Positions 48,996 to 58,455 of a stretch of 64,000 nt of DNA are shown one piece after another. The translations under genes and the position numbers were made by a program. Within the stretch, counting starts at the first letter, position 1. Every line of letters begins with the position of its first letter. Source of the stretch: an uncultured Actinomycetes bacterium (lineage in GTDB: Bacteria > Actinomycetota > Thermoleophilia > Solirubrobacterales > Solirubrobacteraceae); NCBI GenBank assembly GCA_963743055.1, contig CAVUOK010000005.1, forward strand, positions 76,666-140,665, given 5' to 3'. The notes under the pieces are model-generated. The model saw only the letters and a program-made list of their open reading frames with translations. It had not been told where the DNA came from and made no database searches.

Positions 48996-50138
48996 TTGCT
49001 GTCGCGCATGCTCACCTCCCGCCGACGCGCGCTCCTGCTCTGCGCCACCGCACTGCCGCTGCTTGCGGCCGTTGCCATGCTCGCCCCTTCGATGGCCGGC
49101 TCCGCATCGGCCCACCGCGGCAACGACCGTGACAACCGCCCCACGATCTACGGCCACCGCGGGGCCGCCGGCTACCGGCCGGAGCACACGCTCGCGTCGT
49201 ACCGGCTCGCCGCGCGCATCGGCGCCGACTACATCGAGCCCGACCTCGTGTCGACGAAGGATCACGTCCTCGTCGCTCGCCACGAGCCGGCGATCGGCGG
49301 CACGACCGATGTCGCGGACCACCCCGAGTTCGCGAGTCGCCGGACGACGAAGGTCATCGACGGGACGACGTTCGCCGACGAGTGGTTCACGGAGGACTTC
49401 ACGCTGGTCGAGCTCAAGACCCTGCGCGCGAAGGAGCGCCTGCCCGACGTGCGCCAGCGCAACACGATCTACGACGGGCGCTACACGATCCCGACCTTCC
49501 AGGAGGTCATCGCCGTCCGCGACCAGCTGTCGCGCGAGCTTGGCCGCGAGGTCGGGCTCATCCCCGAGCTCAAGCACTCGACGTACTTCCGCTCGATCGG
49601 ATTGGCGCTCGAGGAGCCGTTCGTCGCCACGCTGACTCGCAACCGCATCGCCGACCGCGGCGCGAAGGTGACGGTCCAGTCCTTCGAGGTCGCCAACCTC
49701 AAGGCGCTGAGCCGGGTGCTGCGCGACGTCCCGCTCGTCCAGCTCTACGACGCCAAGGCGCGCAAGCCCGGCGACGTCCTCGCGGCGGGCGGCTCGACGA
49801 CCTACGGCGACATGGCGACGCCGGCCGGCCTGCGCGATGTCGCGAAGTACGCCGACGTCGCAAGCCCGTCGAAGGACTACATCGTGCCGCGCGACGCGAG
49901 CGGCGCGTCGCTGCCGCCGACGAGCTTCGTGTCCGACGCGCACAGGGCCGGCCTGGACGTCGTCGCGTACACGTTTCGCCCGGAGAACACGTTCCTGCCG
50001 CTCGAGCTTCGCTCCAGCGCCAACCCCGTCGAGTACGGCAACGCGATCGCCGAGTTCAAACAGTTCTTCGCGCTCGGGGTCGACGGCGTGTTCACGGATA
50101 ACGCGGACATCGCGAAGGCAGCCCGCGACGACGAGTGA
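48996..50138 (+). CDS. glpQ: secreted glycerophosphodiester phosphodiesterase
   Basis: The signal is Tat-like (SRRRALLLCATALPLLAA). Sequence features: IYGHRGAAGYRPEHTLASYRLAARIGADYIEPDLVSTKDHVLVARHE...IPELK. Confidence 0.9.
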   Translation: MLSRMLTSRRRALLLCATALPLLAAVAMLAPSMAGSASAHRGNDRDNRPTIYGHRGAAGYRPEHTLASYRLAARIGADYIEPDLVSTKDHVLVARHEPAIGGTTDVADHPEFASRRTTKVIDGTTFADEWFTEDFTLVELKTLRAKERLPDVRQRNTIYDGRYTIPTFQEVIAVRDQLSRELGREVGLIPELKHSTYFRSIGLALEEPFVATLTRNRIADRGAKVTVQSFEVANLKALSRVLRDVPLVQLYDAKARKPGDVLAAGGSTTYGDMATPAGLRDVAKYADVASPSKDYIVPRDASGASLPPTSFVSDAHRAGLDVVAYTFRPENTFLPLELRSSANPVEYGNAIAEFKQFFALGVDGVFTDNADIAKAARDDE

Positions 50139-50506
50139 CCACGCCACGCAGGATCGAGGCCGTGCTCTGGCTGCATCCGGCGACGCCCGCCGCTCGGCGC
50201 CGCCCTGCCGCTCGAGCTGGCACCCTCGCGGCGACGGCTGGGAGCTTCGCGTGCGCACGAGGGTCCGCGCCCGCCGCTTCCCACTCGCGCTCGTCATGCG
50301 CAGTCTGCAGGTGGGAGGACGGCGACGTGCGCGAGTTCTCGGTGCGCATGCGGGGCCGCGCCCGGCTCGCGCGCGTGGAGGTCGAGCGTGGCGGGCCGTC
50401 GTCGCTGCGCGGCCGGCTCGCGGCGGGCTGCCACGTCGCGGTGGCGATCACGGGCCGGCAGCGACGTCTCGCCGCCACGCCCGGCGCGGCGTTAGCCTGA
50501 AGCGCT

Positions 50507-50722
50507 GTGAACCGCCGCCCGAAGCTGCGCATCGTCGCCCCCGCCGCCTCGCCCGAGGAGGCGGCCGCGATCGTCGCGGCGCTCGAGCGTTTCATGCGCG
50601 ACACCGCTCCGACGCCCGCCCCCGCGCCGCCTGCCGGTCCGCCGGCCTGGGCGCGCGCCGGGCTGCTCGAAGGCACCGGTCACGCGCGCGACGAGCGCAC
50701 GCCGTGGGGCACCGGCGGGTAG
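50507..50722 (+). CDS. possible acyl-CoA carboxylase epsilon-subunit-like small protein
   Basis: The start is GTG. KLRIVAPAASPEEAAAIVAALERFMRD...PAWARAGLL fits the AccE/PccE pattern ([LI]x[IV]VxGxPTxEELAAL...). The Pro/Ala-rich middle and the Trp near the end also fit. This short ORF sits in junk-rich DNA. Confidence 0.45.
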   Translation: MNRRPKLRIVAPAASPEEAAAIVAALERFMRDTAPTPAPAPPAGPPAWARAGLLEGTGHARDERTPWGTGG

Positions 50723-50732
50723 CGCTCGCCGC

Positions 50733-51401
50733 GTGCGACCGGACCCGCCGGACCTGCCCACTCGGCTCGACCCCGCGCAAACGCTCGACGAGGAGGGGCT
50801 CCACGACGCGACGCTGTCGGACGTCGCGCTCCCGGGGCTGCACGCGCCCGGCCTGACGATCGACGCCTGCGTCCTCGACAGCGTCGTGCTTGCCGGCGCG
50901 CGCCTCGGCGGCGCCAAGCTGCGCGACGCCGAGCTGCGCCGGTGCGACCTCGCCAACGCCGACCTGCGCGGTGCGCGCGCCAGGCGCGTGCGCATCGCCG
51001 GCGGCAGGCTCACGGGCGCGCTGCTGTCGCAGGCCGATCTCGGCGAGCTCGAGCTCGCGGACTGCCGCGCGGATCTCGCATCATTCGCCGGCGCGAAGCT
51101 CGACCGCGTCCGGGTCGCGGGCTGCGACCTGCGCGACTCCGACTGGCAGTCAGCGCGGCTGCACGAGGTGCTCATCGAGGACAGCGACCTGACCGGCGCC
51201 GATCTCAGCGGAGCGCGCTTCGAATCAGTCGAGCTGCGCGGATGCCGGCTGGACGGCATCCGCGGCGCGACGACGCTGCGCGGCGTCCGCATGAGCTGGG
51301 ACGACGTGCTCGCGAACGCCCACGTCTTCGCGGCCGCATGCGGCGTGAGCATCGCCGACCCGCAACCATCCCCGTCGCCCGCCGACGAGCGCGCGGGGTA
51401 G
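50733..51401 (+). CDS. pentapeptide-repeat protein
   Basis: A(D/N)LxX-type units are continuous: ADLRGARARRVRIAGGRLTGALLSQADLGELELADCRADLASFAGAKLDRVRVAGCDLRDSDWQSARL... Confidence 0.85.
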   Translation: MRPDPPDLPTRLDPAQTLDEEGLHDATLSDVALPGLHAPGLTIDACVLDSVVLAGARLGGAKLRDAELRRCDLANADLRGARARRVRIAGGRLTGALLSQADLGELELADCRADLASFAGAKLDRVRVAGCDLRDSDWQSARLHEVLIEDSDLTGADLSGARFESVELRGCRLDGIRGATTLRGVRMSWDDVLANAHVFAAACGVSIADPQPSPSPADERAG

Positions 51402-51418
51402 AGCATGGCCGCCCGGAT

Positions 51419-51874
51419 CTACGGCACGTACGGCGGGGCTTCGCCCCAGCCCCAGCGCGGGACCGGCGCGTGCTCGACCACCGCGGCGTCGGGCTGCGAG
51501 TTGCCCAACGCCAACCGCGTGCCCCACTCGACGTACGCCATGAACGCCGAGCGGAACTCGGGGTCGTCGGGCAGCGCGGCGTCGTCGGCGGCGCGGCTCA
51601 TCGTTGACGCGAAGCGAAAGCGCTGCTCGGGCGTGATGCCCAGGCCGCGGTGCTTGCCGAGCATCCGCTCGTAGCCACCGAGCTCGTCGGTGTAGCGCGC
51701 CGGGCCGCCGAAGACCTCCGTCCACCACGCGATGACGTGCAGCCGGTGCTCCTCGCTCACCCCGCCCGGAAACAGCCCCGACAGCAGGTCGTCGCCCTCG
51801 ACGCGGTCGTAGAACGCGTCGATGAGCCGCTCGAACGCCGCCGCGCCGCCGGCCCATTCGTAGAGCGATGTCAT
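51419..51874 (-). CDS. glbO: group II truncated haemoglobin (trHbO-like)
   Basis: Read from the internal ATG at 51874, the sequence is MTSLYEWAGGAAAFERLIDAFYDRVEGDDLLSGLFPGG...HVIAWWTEVFGGPARYTDELGGYERMLGKHRGLGITPEQRFRF... Confidence 0.85.
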   Translation of the reverse strand: MTSLYEWAGGAAAFERLIDAFYDRVEGDDLLSGLFPGGVSEEHRLHVIAWWTEVFGGPARYTDELGGYERMLGKHRGLGITPEQRFRFASTMSRAADDAALPDDPEFRSAFMAYVEWGTRLALGNSQPDAAVVEHAPVPRWGWGEAPPYVP

Positions 51875-52187
51875 CGCGCCATCGTAGTCCGCCAAAGTCG
51901 AAGTCTCGGGCACGCGGCGGCCGATACCGACCGTGCACGGAGCCGTGCCACGTGGACACCGGCGTGGTCGTCGGCCAGCGGCTGGTACCCGCTGGCCTGA
52001 CGCGTCCTCAGCGGATTTGACCCGTACCTCCGGCTGTTCCGCACAGGCGTGAGTGAGCCGGGGATGCCCGTCCTCGCCGCCACCGCGGGTACCGGCCAGC
52101 CGGCCACCGCGTGATCGTCTGAACAACGACAACGACCGCCCTCCATGGCGGCCGCGGGTCGCTCAGTGGTGTCCTCTGACGGCGAGC

Positions 52188-52733
52188 TCAGTCGGCGTCG
52201 CGATCGCCGATCGCGACGCGGCGCACGTCCACCGCGCCGTAGCGGTCGGCGACGCTCGTGCCGGGCGCGGCGCAGCGCGGCTTCGTGACCGCGATGCGGC
52301 CGACCACGTGGACGCGATCGCCGGGCGACGGGGTGTCGGCGCCCTGGTAGCCGCGCAGGCGCAGCCTGTACGCGTCGCCGGCGGGCACCGTGTAGACGAA
52401 GCCTCGCGGCTGCACGCCCTTCTTGGCAGCGTTCTGATCGGCGATCTCGCCCGACTTGCGGGCATGGCGGTTGGCGGCGGTCAGCGCGAGCGTGACGGTG
52501 GCCTCGCTCGCGGGGGTCGCCGGGTTGTCGGCCGTGACGCTGACGAGCTTGCCGGTGACCACGAAGGCGGCGTGGTGCGCCTTCGCGCAGGCAGCGGCCT
52601 TGCCGGCCTTGCCCTTGCTCGTGTCGTGGCGCATCTTCGCCAGCCCGGAGGCCGGAACGGCGAGCATCGTGCCGGCAGCGGCCAGCGCGGCCAGCGTCCG
52701 CCCGGGTGTGATCTGCGTCTTCGAGAGAGTCAT
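52188..52733 (-). CDS. secreted hypothetical protein
   Basis: There is a signal-like N-terminus (GRTLAALAAAGTMLAVPASGLA). G/C third-position bias is strong. I recognise no family. Confidence 0.6.
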   Translation of the reverse strand: MTLSKTQITPGRTLAALAAAGTMLAVPASGLAKMRHDTSKGKAGKAAACAKAHHAAFVVTGKLVSVTADNPATPASEATVTLALTAANRHARKSGEIADQNAAKKGVQPRGFVYTVPAGDAYRLRLRGYQGADTPSPGDRVHVVGRIAVTKPRCAAPGTSVADRYGAVDVRRVAIGDRDAD

Positions 52734-52818
52734 GGGTGAATGGTTGCCCGCGGGGTAGGCCGGGTGGCGCCGCTCTCACGTAGTCCTCACGAATCGAGCG
52801 CGGCCGTATTCTGGACGC

Positions 52819-54597
52819 GTGTTCTCGAAGATCCTCATCGCCAACCGCGGCGAGATCGCGGTCAGGATCATCCGCGCCTGCGACGAGCTCGGGGTCGCGT
52901 CGGTGGCCGTCTACTCGGAGCTCGATCGCGACGCGCCGCACGTCGCGCGGGCCGGCGAGGCGTACCTGCTCGGCGGCGCGGCGCCTGCCGAGTCCTATCT
53001 GAACGCCGAGCGGATCCTCGAGGTCGTGCGCGAGTCGGGCGCAGAGGCCGTGCACCCCGGCTACGGCTTCCTCGCCGAGAACGCGCCGTTCGCACGGGCG
53101 TGCGAGGACGCGGGCGTCGTCTTCATCGGCCCCTCGGCCGACGCGATCGACGCAATGGGCTCGAAGACGCGGGCGCGCGAGCTCATGCGCGACGCGGGCG
53201 TGCCGATCGTGCCGGGCACGGTCGAGCCGGTCCCCGACCTGAAGACGGCGCGCAAGATCGTCGACGACGAGATCGGCTATCCCGTGGCCGTCAAGGCTGC
53301 GGGCGGGGGCGGCGGCAAGGGCTTTCGCGTCGCGCTGAGCGCCGGCGAGCTCGAGGCCGCGTTCGAGGGCGCGGCGCGCGAGGGCGAGAAGTTCTTCTCC
53401 GACGCGACGGTCTACCTCGAGCGCTACCTGCCCGACCCGCGCCACGTCGAGGTGCAGATCCTCGCCGACGCCGGCGGCACGACGATCCACCTCGGCGAGC
53501 GCGACTGCTCGATCCAGCGCCGCCACCAGAAGCTCGTCGAAGAGTCGCCGGCGCCGTCGTGGATCGTGGACGACGAGCTGCGCGAGCGGATCGGGACGAT
53601 CGCGGTCGAGGCGGCGCGCGCGGTGTCCTATCGCGGCGCCGGGACAGTCGAGGGGCTGCTGGCATCCGACACCGGCGAGTACTTCTTCCTCGAGATGAAC
53701 ACGCGGGTGCAGGTCGAGCACTGCGTCACGGAGATGACGACCGGGATCGACATCGTCAAGGAGGGCATCCGCGTCGCGGCCGGCGAGCCGCTCTCGGTCA
53801 CCCAGGCCGACGTCGTCCTGCGCGGGCACGCGATCGAATGCCGTATCAACGCCGAGGACGCATCGAAGAAGTTCGCGCCGGCGCCGGGCGCGATCGGGGC
53901 GTACGTCGAGCCGTCGGGGCCGGGCGTGCGCGTCGACTCGGGCGTGCGCGCGGGCAGCGTCGTGTCGCCGATGTACGACCCGATGGTCGCCAAGCTCATC
54001 GTCTGGGACGCCGACCGCGAGCAGGCCACGGCGCGGATGCTGCGGGCGCTCGCCGAGTATCAGATCGAGGGCTTGAAGACGCTGATCCCGTTTCACCGCG
54101 CGCTGCTGGCAAGCGAGCAGTGGGCGCGCGGGGAGACATGCCGCGACCTGCTCGAGGATCGCGACTGGCTGAAGGCGCTCGCATTCGAGCCGGCCGCGAA
54201 GCCCGACGACGAGGAGGATGCCGTCGAGCAGACCTACACCGTCGAGGTGTCCGGGCGGCGCTTCGACGTGCGCGTGATCGGCGCGGCACCCGAGGCCAAC
54301 GGCGCGGCGCCCGCCGGGCCCGCGCGGCCCGCGCGCGCCACGCCGGCCAAGCGCCAGCGCGCCGCCAAGCCGGGCAGCGACACGCTGACGTCGCCGATGC
54401 AGGGCAACGTCTGGAAGGTGCCGGTTCAGCAGGGTCAGAAGGTCGCCGAGGGCGACATCGTGACGATCATCGAGGCAATGAAAATGGAGAACGAGATCAC
54501 CGCGCACAAGGCCGGCGTCGTCGCCGAGCTGCCGATCTCGGTCGGCGACTCGGTCCGCAGCGGCGACACCCTCGCCGTCATCGAGGACGCACCGTGA
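52819..54597 (+). CDS. accA: acetyl/propionyl-CoA carboxylase alpha subunit (biotin carboxylase plus BCCP)
   Basis: Sequence features: MFSKILIANRGEIAVRIIRA...HPGYGFLAENA...GGGGKGFRV...EMNTRVQVEH... The C-terminal biotinyl motif is EAMKMENEI. Confidence 0.95.
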   Translation: MFSKILIANRGEIAVRIIRACDELGVASVAVYSELDRDAPHVARAGEAYLLGGAAPAESYLNAERILEVVRESGAEAVHPGYGFLAENAPFARACEDAGVVFIGPSADAIDAMGSKTRARELMRDAGVPIVPGTVEPVPDLKTARKIVDDEIGYPVAVKAAGGGGGKGFRVALSAGELEAAFEGAAREGEKFFSDATVYLERYLPDPRHVEVQILADAGGTTIHLGERDCSIQRRHQKLVEESPAPSWIVDDELRERIGTIAVEAARAVSYRGAGTVEGLLASDTGEYFFLEMNTRVQVEHCVTEMTTGIDIVKEGIRVAAGEPLSVTQADVVLRGHAIECRINAEDASKKFAPAPGAIGAYVEPSGPGVRVDSGVRAGSVVSPMYDPMVAKLIVWDADREQATARMLRALAEYQIEGLKTLIPFHRALLASEQWARGETCRDLLEDRDWLKALAFEPAAKPDDEEDAVEQTYTVEVSGRRFDVRVIGAAPEANGAAPAGPARPARATPAKRQRAAKPGSDTLTSPMQGNVWKVPVQQGQKVAEGDIVTIIEAMKMENEITAHKAGVVAELPISVGDSVRSGDTLAVIEDAP

Positions 54598-55070
54598 GCG
54601 GCGCCCGCGCCTGGGTCGCCCAGCCTGACGAGGCCGAGGTCGTGGCCGCGCTGCTCGTCGAGTTCCGCGACCACATGGGCGCGGACTGGCCGTCGGAGAA
54701 CTCGTTTCTCGCGTCCGTCGAGCGGCTGTTCGAGGACAGGGACACGGCGTACCTGCTCGCGTCCCCCGACGACGACTCCCCGCCCGCGGGCGTCCTGCAG
54801 CTGCGCTTTCGCTTCAGCGTGTGGACGGCCGCGCCGGACGCGTGGGTCGAGGACGTCTTCGTCCGCGCCGACGCTCGCCGCGCCGGCGTCGGCGACGCGC
54901 TGGTCGGGCTCGCGATCGCCGAGGCAGGCGAGCGCGGCGCCAAGCGCATCGAGCTCGACGCCAACGAGGAGAACGCCGCCGCGCTGGCGCTCTACGAGCG
55001 CCACGGCTTCTCGGCTCGCGCGAAGGGCGGCGGCGGCCGCGACCTCTTCCTCGGGCGGCCCATCGACTAG
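54594..55070 (+). CDS. GNAT-family N-acetyltransferase
   Basis: The start is GTG in a GTGA overlap with the accA stop. Sequence features: VEDVFVRADARRAGVGDALVGLAIAEAGERGAKRIELDANEENAAALALYERHGF. Confidence 0.8.
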   Translation: MSGARAWVAQPDEAEVVAALLVEFRDHMGADWPSENSFLASVERLFEDRDTAYLLASPDDDSPPAGVLQLRFRFSVWTAAPDAWVEDVFVRADARRAGVGDALVGLAIAEAGERGAKRIELDANEENAAALALYERHGFSARAKGGGGRDLFLGRPID

Positions 55071-55115
55071 CGCCGGCGCGGTGGCCGAGGAGCGCGGGCG
55101 CGCGCTCAAGCTCCG

Positions 55116-56462
55116 GTGGCGACCCGCCGACAATGCGAGCAGCGGATGAGGACGATCAGGGGCATTCACTCAAGGCTCTCGCGTGGCTGGCGGATCGCGC
55201 TCGCCGCGACCGCGGCCGTCGCGTGCGGCGGCGTCGCGCACGCGGCCGCGCCGAAGGCACCGCCGATCGACCCCTGCGCCACCCCGACGGACTCCAACTA
55301 CCTCGTCGCCGACGCGACGAAGCCCGGCACGATCGACCTCGTCTTCTACAACGCCAAGGGCGCGCGCGTCGTGTTCTTCGAATGCGTCGGCGATCGGCTC
55401 AAGCGACTCGGCGCCAAGCGCGCCGCACCCGACGTCGCGCCGACGATCTTCGAGGACGCGGCCGCGTGGTCGTGCGATCGGGTCGCACGGCGCTTCGCCG
55501 GCGTGTCCGTGCTCGCCGACGGCACGATCGCGTTCGGCTCCTACAGCGTGCGCACGCCGTCGTGCACGAGCCGCTTCACCCTCAGCGCGCCCCGGCGGAT
55601 GAAGCCCGGCGCGAAGGCGACCGTGCGCGTCGTCGACCGCTGGGGCATCGGCGGCATCCACCCCGACCTGTGCATCGGCCGCGTGGGCTCGGACCCGCAT
55701 TGCAAGACGCTCGCCTTCCCGCACGCCGTGACCGTCGCGAGCCGCCGCTTCCGGGCGAGCGAGCGTGGCCGCTGGCGGGTCGAGCTGCGGGCGCACCGTG
55801 CGCGCATCCGCGCGGCGTTCGACGTCGGCGGCGCGAGCGGTCCGCCGCCGAAGCCGCTGCCGATCGTCCTCGCCTCCGGCGACTCGACGATGCAAGGCAT
55901 CGACAGCTTCCTGTCCGACGAGCTCGCCGGCTGGGCGAGCGTCGTCAGCGACGCACGACCCGGCAGCGGCGTCTCGCGCGGGGTCTACTGGGAGTGGCAC
56001 GCGAAGTCGCAGACCAAGCGGCTGCGCCAGCGCGCGACCGTGATGTCGGTCGGCGCGGCCTCGGACGGCATGCCGATCCCGAACCCGATCGGCGTGCTGC
56101 AGGCGTGCTGCGGCGAGCCGTGGATCGAGCAGTACGCCAATCGCGTGCGCGGGCTCATGCAGACGTTCCTGCGCGAGGGACGGGGACGCGTCGTGTGGCT
56201 CACGCCGCCCGAGCCGCGCTACGGGCCGCGGGCGCAGATCACGCACGCCGTCAACGTCGCGATCGAGCGGGCGGCCGAGGGCCTAGAGGGCGTGAAGGTC
56301 CTGCGGATCGACCTCATGTTCTCGCCGCACGGCTACGCGGACTCGATCCTGTACCGCGGCCGCCAGGTGCGGGTGCGCGAGTCCGACGGCGTGCACCTCA
56401 ACGTCGCGGGCACGGCGATCGCCGCGAAGGCCGTCGCCGAGGCGATCCGCGAGCTGCACTAG
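55116..56462 (+). CDS. secreted protein with a C-terminal SGNH-hydrolase-like (DUF459-like) domain
   Basis: The probable true start is ATG 55146 (MRTIRGIHSRLSRGWRIALAATAAVACGGVAHA). The C-terminal half has LASGDSTMQG (block I) and ESDGVHLN (block V). Confidence 0.7.
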   Translation: MATRRQCEQRMRTIRGIHSRLSRGWRIALAATAAVACGGVAHAAAPKAPPIDPCATPTDSNYLVADATKPGTIDLVFYNAKGARVVFFECVGDRLKRLGAKRAAPDVAPTIFEDAAAWSCDRVARRFAGVSVLADGTIAFGSYSVRTPSCTSRFTLSAPRRMKPGAKATVRVVDRWGIGGIHPDLCIGRVGSDPHCKTLAFPHAVTVASRRFRASERGRWRVELRAHRARIRAAFDVGGASGPPPKPLPIVLASGDSTMQGIDSFLSDELAGWASVVSDARPGSGVSRGVYWEWHAKSQTKRLRQRATVMSVGAASDGMPIPNPIGVLQACCGEPWIEQYANRVRGLMQTFLREGRGRVVWLTPPEPRYGPRAQITHAVNVAIERAAEGLEGVKVLRIDLMFSPHGYADSILYRGRQVRVRESDGVHLNVAGTAIAAKAVAEAIRELH

Positions 56463-56516
56463 CTTTCGCGCCTCGGACGGCCGTCGCGCGGCGGCGAGGC
56501 TCCGCCACCGAGGGGC

Positions 56517-57461
56517 TTAGGGCAGGCGGCCGTTGAGACCCAGCGACGCGGCCATCGCGCCCGCGAGCAGCAGCAGCGCGGCCCCGGCGAAGACGACGGT
56601 GATCTCGCGCTTCTCGGGCTTCGTGCCGATCTGCGAGCCGAGCCGGTCGTAGACGGCGCCGAGCTCGTCGGAGTCCTCGGCCTTGAACGCGTCGCCGCCC
56701 GACAGCGACGCGATCCGCTGCAGCGCCTCGATGTCCGGCGGCACCCGCAGCACCTGACCGCCGAGCTCGATCGTCCCGTCCGGCGTGCCGAGCGCCACGG
56801 TGTAGATCGGCACGCGCAACCGCTTGGCCTCGGCGGCGACCTCGTAGGCCGCGGTGCCGTCGGTCGCCGAGCCGTCGGACAGCAGCACGATCGCCGCCGG
56901 CGGGCGCCGCGCGGAGGTGTCGCCGCCGATCTTCAGGTCGTCGAGCGCCGTGCGCAGGCCGGCGCCGGTCGCCGTGCCCGAGATCGGCTGCAGCGTCTTC
57001 AGCGCGCCGGACACGAGCTCGCGATCGGTCGTCGGCGTGCGCAGCGTCTGGGCGGCGTCCGAGAACGAGACGAGGCCGACGCGCAGCTCGGCGGGGACCT
57101 TGTCGAGGAAGCTCTGCGCGGCGTGGCGCGCGGCCTCGAGGCGGGTCGGGCTGACGTCGGTCGCCGACATCGAGCGCGAGACGTCGGTGACGAGCACGAC
57201 CGACGCGCGCTCGACCGGCACGGCCACGGTGCGCTCCGGGCGCGCGAGCGAGAGCGTCAGCGCCGCGACCGCGAGCGCGAAGAGGGCGAACGGGAGGTGG
57301 CGGCGCCAGCGCGGCTCCTGCCCGGCGACCGCGGCGAGCGTGGACAGCGCCGTATAGCGCACGGGGTAGCGCCGGCGGCGGCGCTGCGCGGCGACGTGCG
57401 CGAGCACGGCGAGCGGCACGGCGGCGAGGCACAGCAGCGCAAGCGGGGTCGCAAAGGTCAT
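56517..57461 (-). CDS. VWA-domain membrane protein (BatA-like)
   Basis: The start is ATG 57461 (MTFATPLALLCLAAVPL), matching the paralogue at 59524-60483. The MIDAS-type motif is VLVTDVSRSMSATD. There is also a C-terminal TM helix. Confidence 0.85.
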   Translation of the reverse strand: MTFATPLALLCLAAVPLAVLAHVAAQRRRRRYPVRYTALSTLAAVAGQEPRWRRHLPFALFALAVAALTLSLARPERTVAVPVERASVVLVTDVSRSMSATDVSPTRLEAARHAAQSFLDKVPAELRVGLVSFSDAAQTLRTPTTDRELVSGALKTLQPISGTATGAGLRTALDDLKIGGDTSARRPPAAIVLLSDGSATDGTAAYEVAAEAKRLRVPIYTVALGTPDGTIELGGQVLRVPPDIEALQRIASLSGGDAFKAEDSDELGAVYDRLGSQIGTKPEKREITVVFAGAALLLLAGAMAASLGLNGRLP

Positions 57462-57494
57462 CGCGAGCACGCGTACGCCCCCGATCCGCGCGGT

Positions 57495-57535
57495 CTTGTC
57501 GAATAGTCCGCGTATAGAGCGGTATTGGCGACAAG
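57495..57535 (-). promoter_or_regulatory. A/T-richer imperfect stem-loop inside the DUF58-VWA intergenic gap
   Basis: The outer arms CTTGTCG...CGACAAG pair, with inner AATA/TATT and CCGC/GCGG pairings around the loop gtatagag. It lies in the 91-nt gap between 57553 and 57461. Confidence 0.3.
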
Positions 57536-57552
57536 ACGGGGCTGGTGAGCGG

Positions 57553-58449
57553 TCATCGCAGCGCCCGCCCGAGCGCGCGCAGCCAGTCGCCCTGTGTCGA
57601 GAGCACGATGTGGTCGGCGCCGGCGCGGCGCAGCGCGAGGGCGACCCCGGCGCGCTCCTCGGCCGCCGCGGCGGCGAACCGCTCGCGCAGCTTGCGCCGC
57701 GACGTGTCGACCTCGACGTGGCCGCCCGTCTCAGGATCGACGAGCGCGAGCCGGCCGGCCGGCTCGAGGCGCTCCTCGCGCGGATCGCGGATCTCGACGG
57801 CGAGCAGCCGGTGGCGCGCGGCGATCGCGCGCGCCGAGCGCTGCCAGTTCAGCTCGCCCCGGAAGTCGGACACGACGACGACGAGTCCCGGCTGGCGGGC
57901 GAGCCGCCCCACGCGGTGCAGCACCGGCGCGATGCCACGGTCGCCGGCCCCGTCCACCGAGACGCCCTCGTCGAGCAGCTTGCGCAGCGCGAGCTTCGCG
58001 TTCGGGCCGCCGCGCGGCGGCAGCATCCGCTCGACGCCCGCGGTGAAGACGGCGAGCCGGCCGCCGTGGCGGGTCGCCGCCCGGGCGACGACCTGCGACA
58101 CGCCCTCGGCGACGTCGGACTTCAGGCGATCGGCCGTGCCGAACGCCATCGACGCGGAGAGGTCGAGCACGAGCCAGGTCGTGAGGATCCGCTCCGGCAC
58201 CTGCAGGCGCACGTGCGCCTGACCCGTGCGCGCGCTCGCGGCCGGATCGAGCTGGCGGACGTCGTCGCCGATCTGGTAGGGGCGCAGCTGCGCGAGCTCC
58301 GTGCCGCTGCCGACGCCGGGCGCGAGGCGGTCGCCCGGCAGCACGCCGGCACCGCGGCGCGCGAGCGACAGCGCGAGCGCGTCGACGAGCGGAGCCGGGA
58401 TCGGCCCCGGCCCCTGGCGCGCCGGAGGGACGTGCAGCGACGAGCTCAT
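57553..58449 (-). CDS. DUF58-domain protein
   Basis: Sequence features: LRPYQIGDDVRQLDPAASARTGQAHVRLQVPERILTTWLVLDLSASMAFG. Confidence 0.85.
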   Translation of the reverse strand: MSSSLHVPPARQGPGPIPAPLVDALALSLARRGAGVLPGDRLAPGVGSGTELAQLRPYQIGDDVRQLDPAASARTGQAHVRLQVPERILTTWLVLDLSASMAFGTADRLKSDVAEGVSQVVARAATRHGGRLAVFTAGVERMLPPRGGPNAKLALRKLLDEGVSVDGAGDRGIAPVLHRVGRLARQPGLVVVVSDFRGELNWQRSARAIAARHRLLAVEIRDPREERLEPAGRLALVDPETGGHVEVDTSRRKLRERFAAAAAEERAGVALALRRAGADHIVLSTQGDWLRALGRALR

Positions 58450-58455
58450 CCGGGT

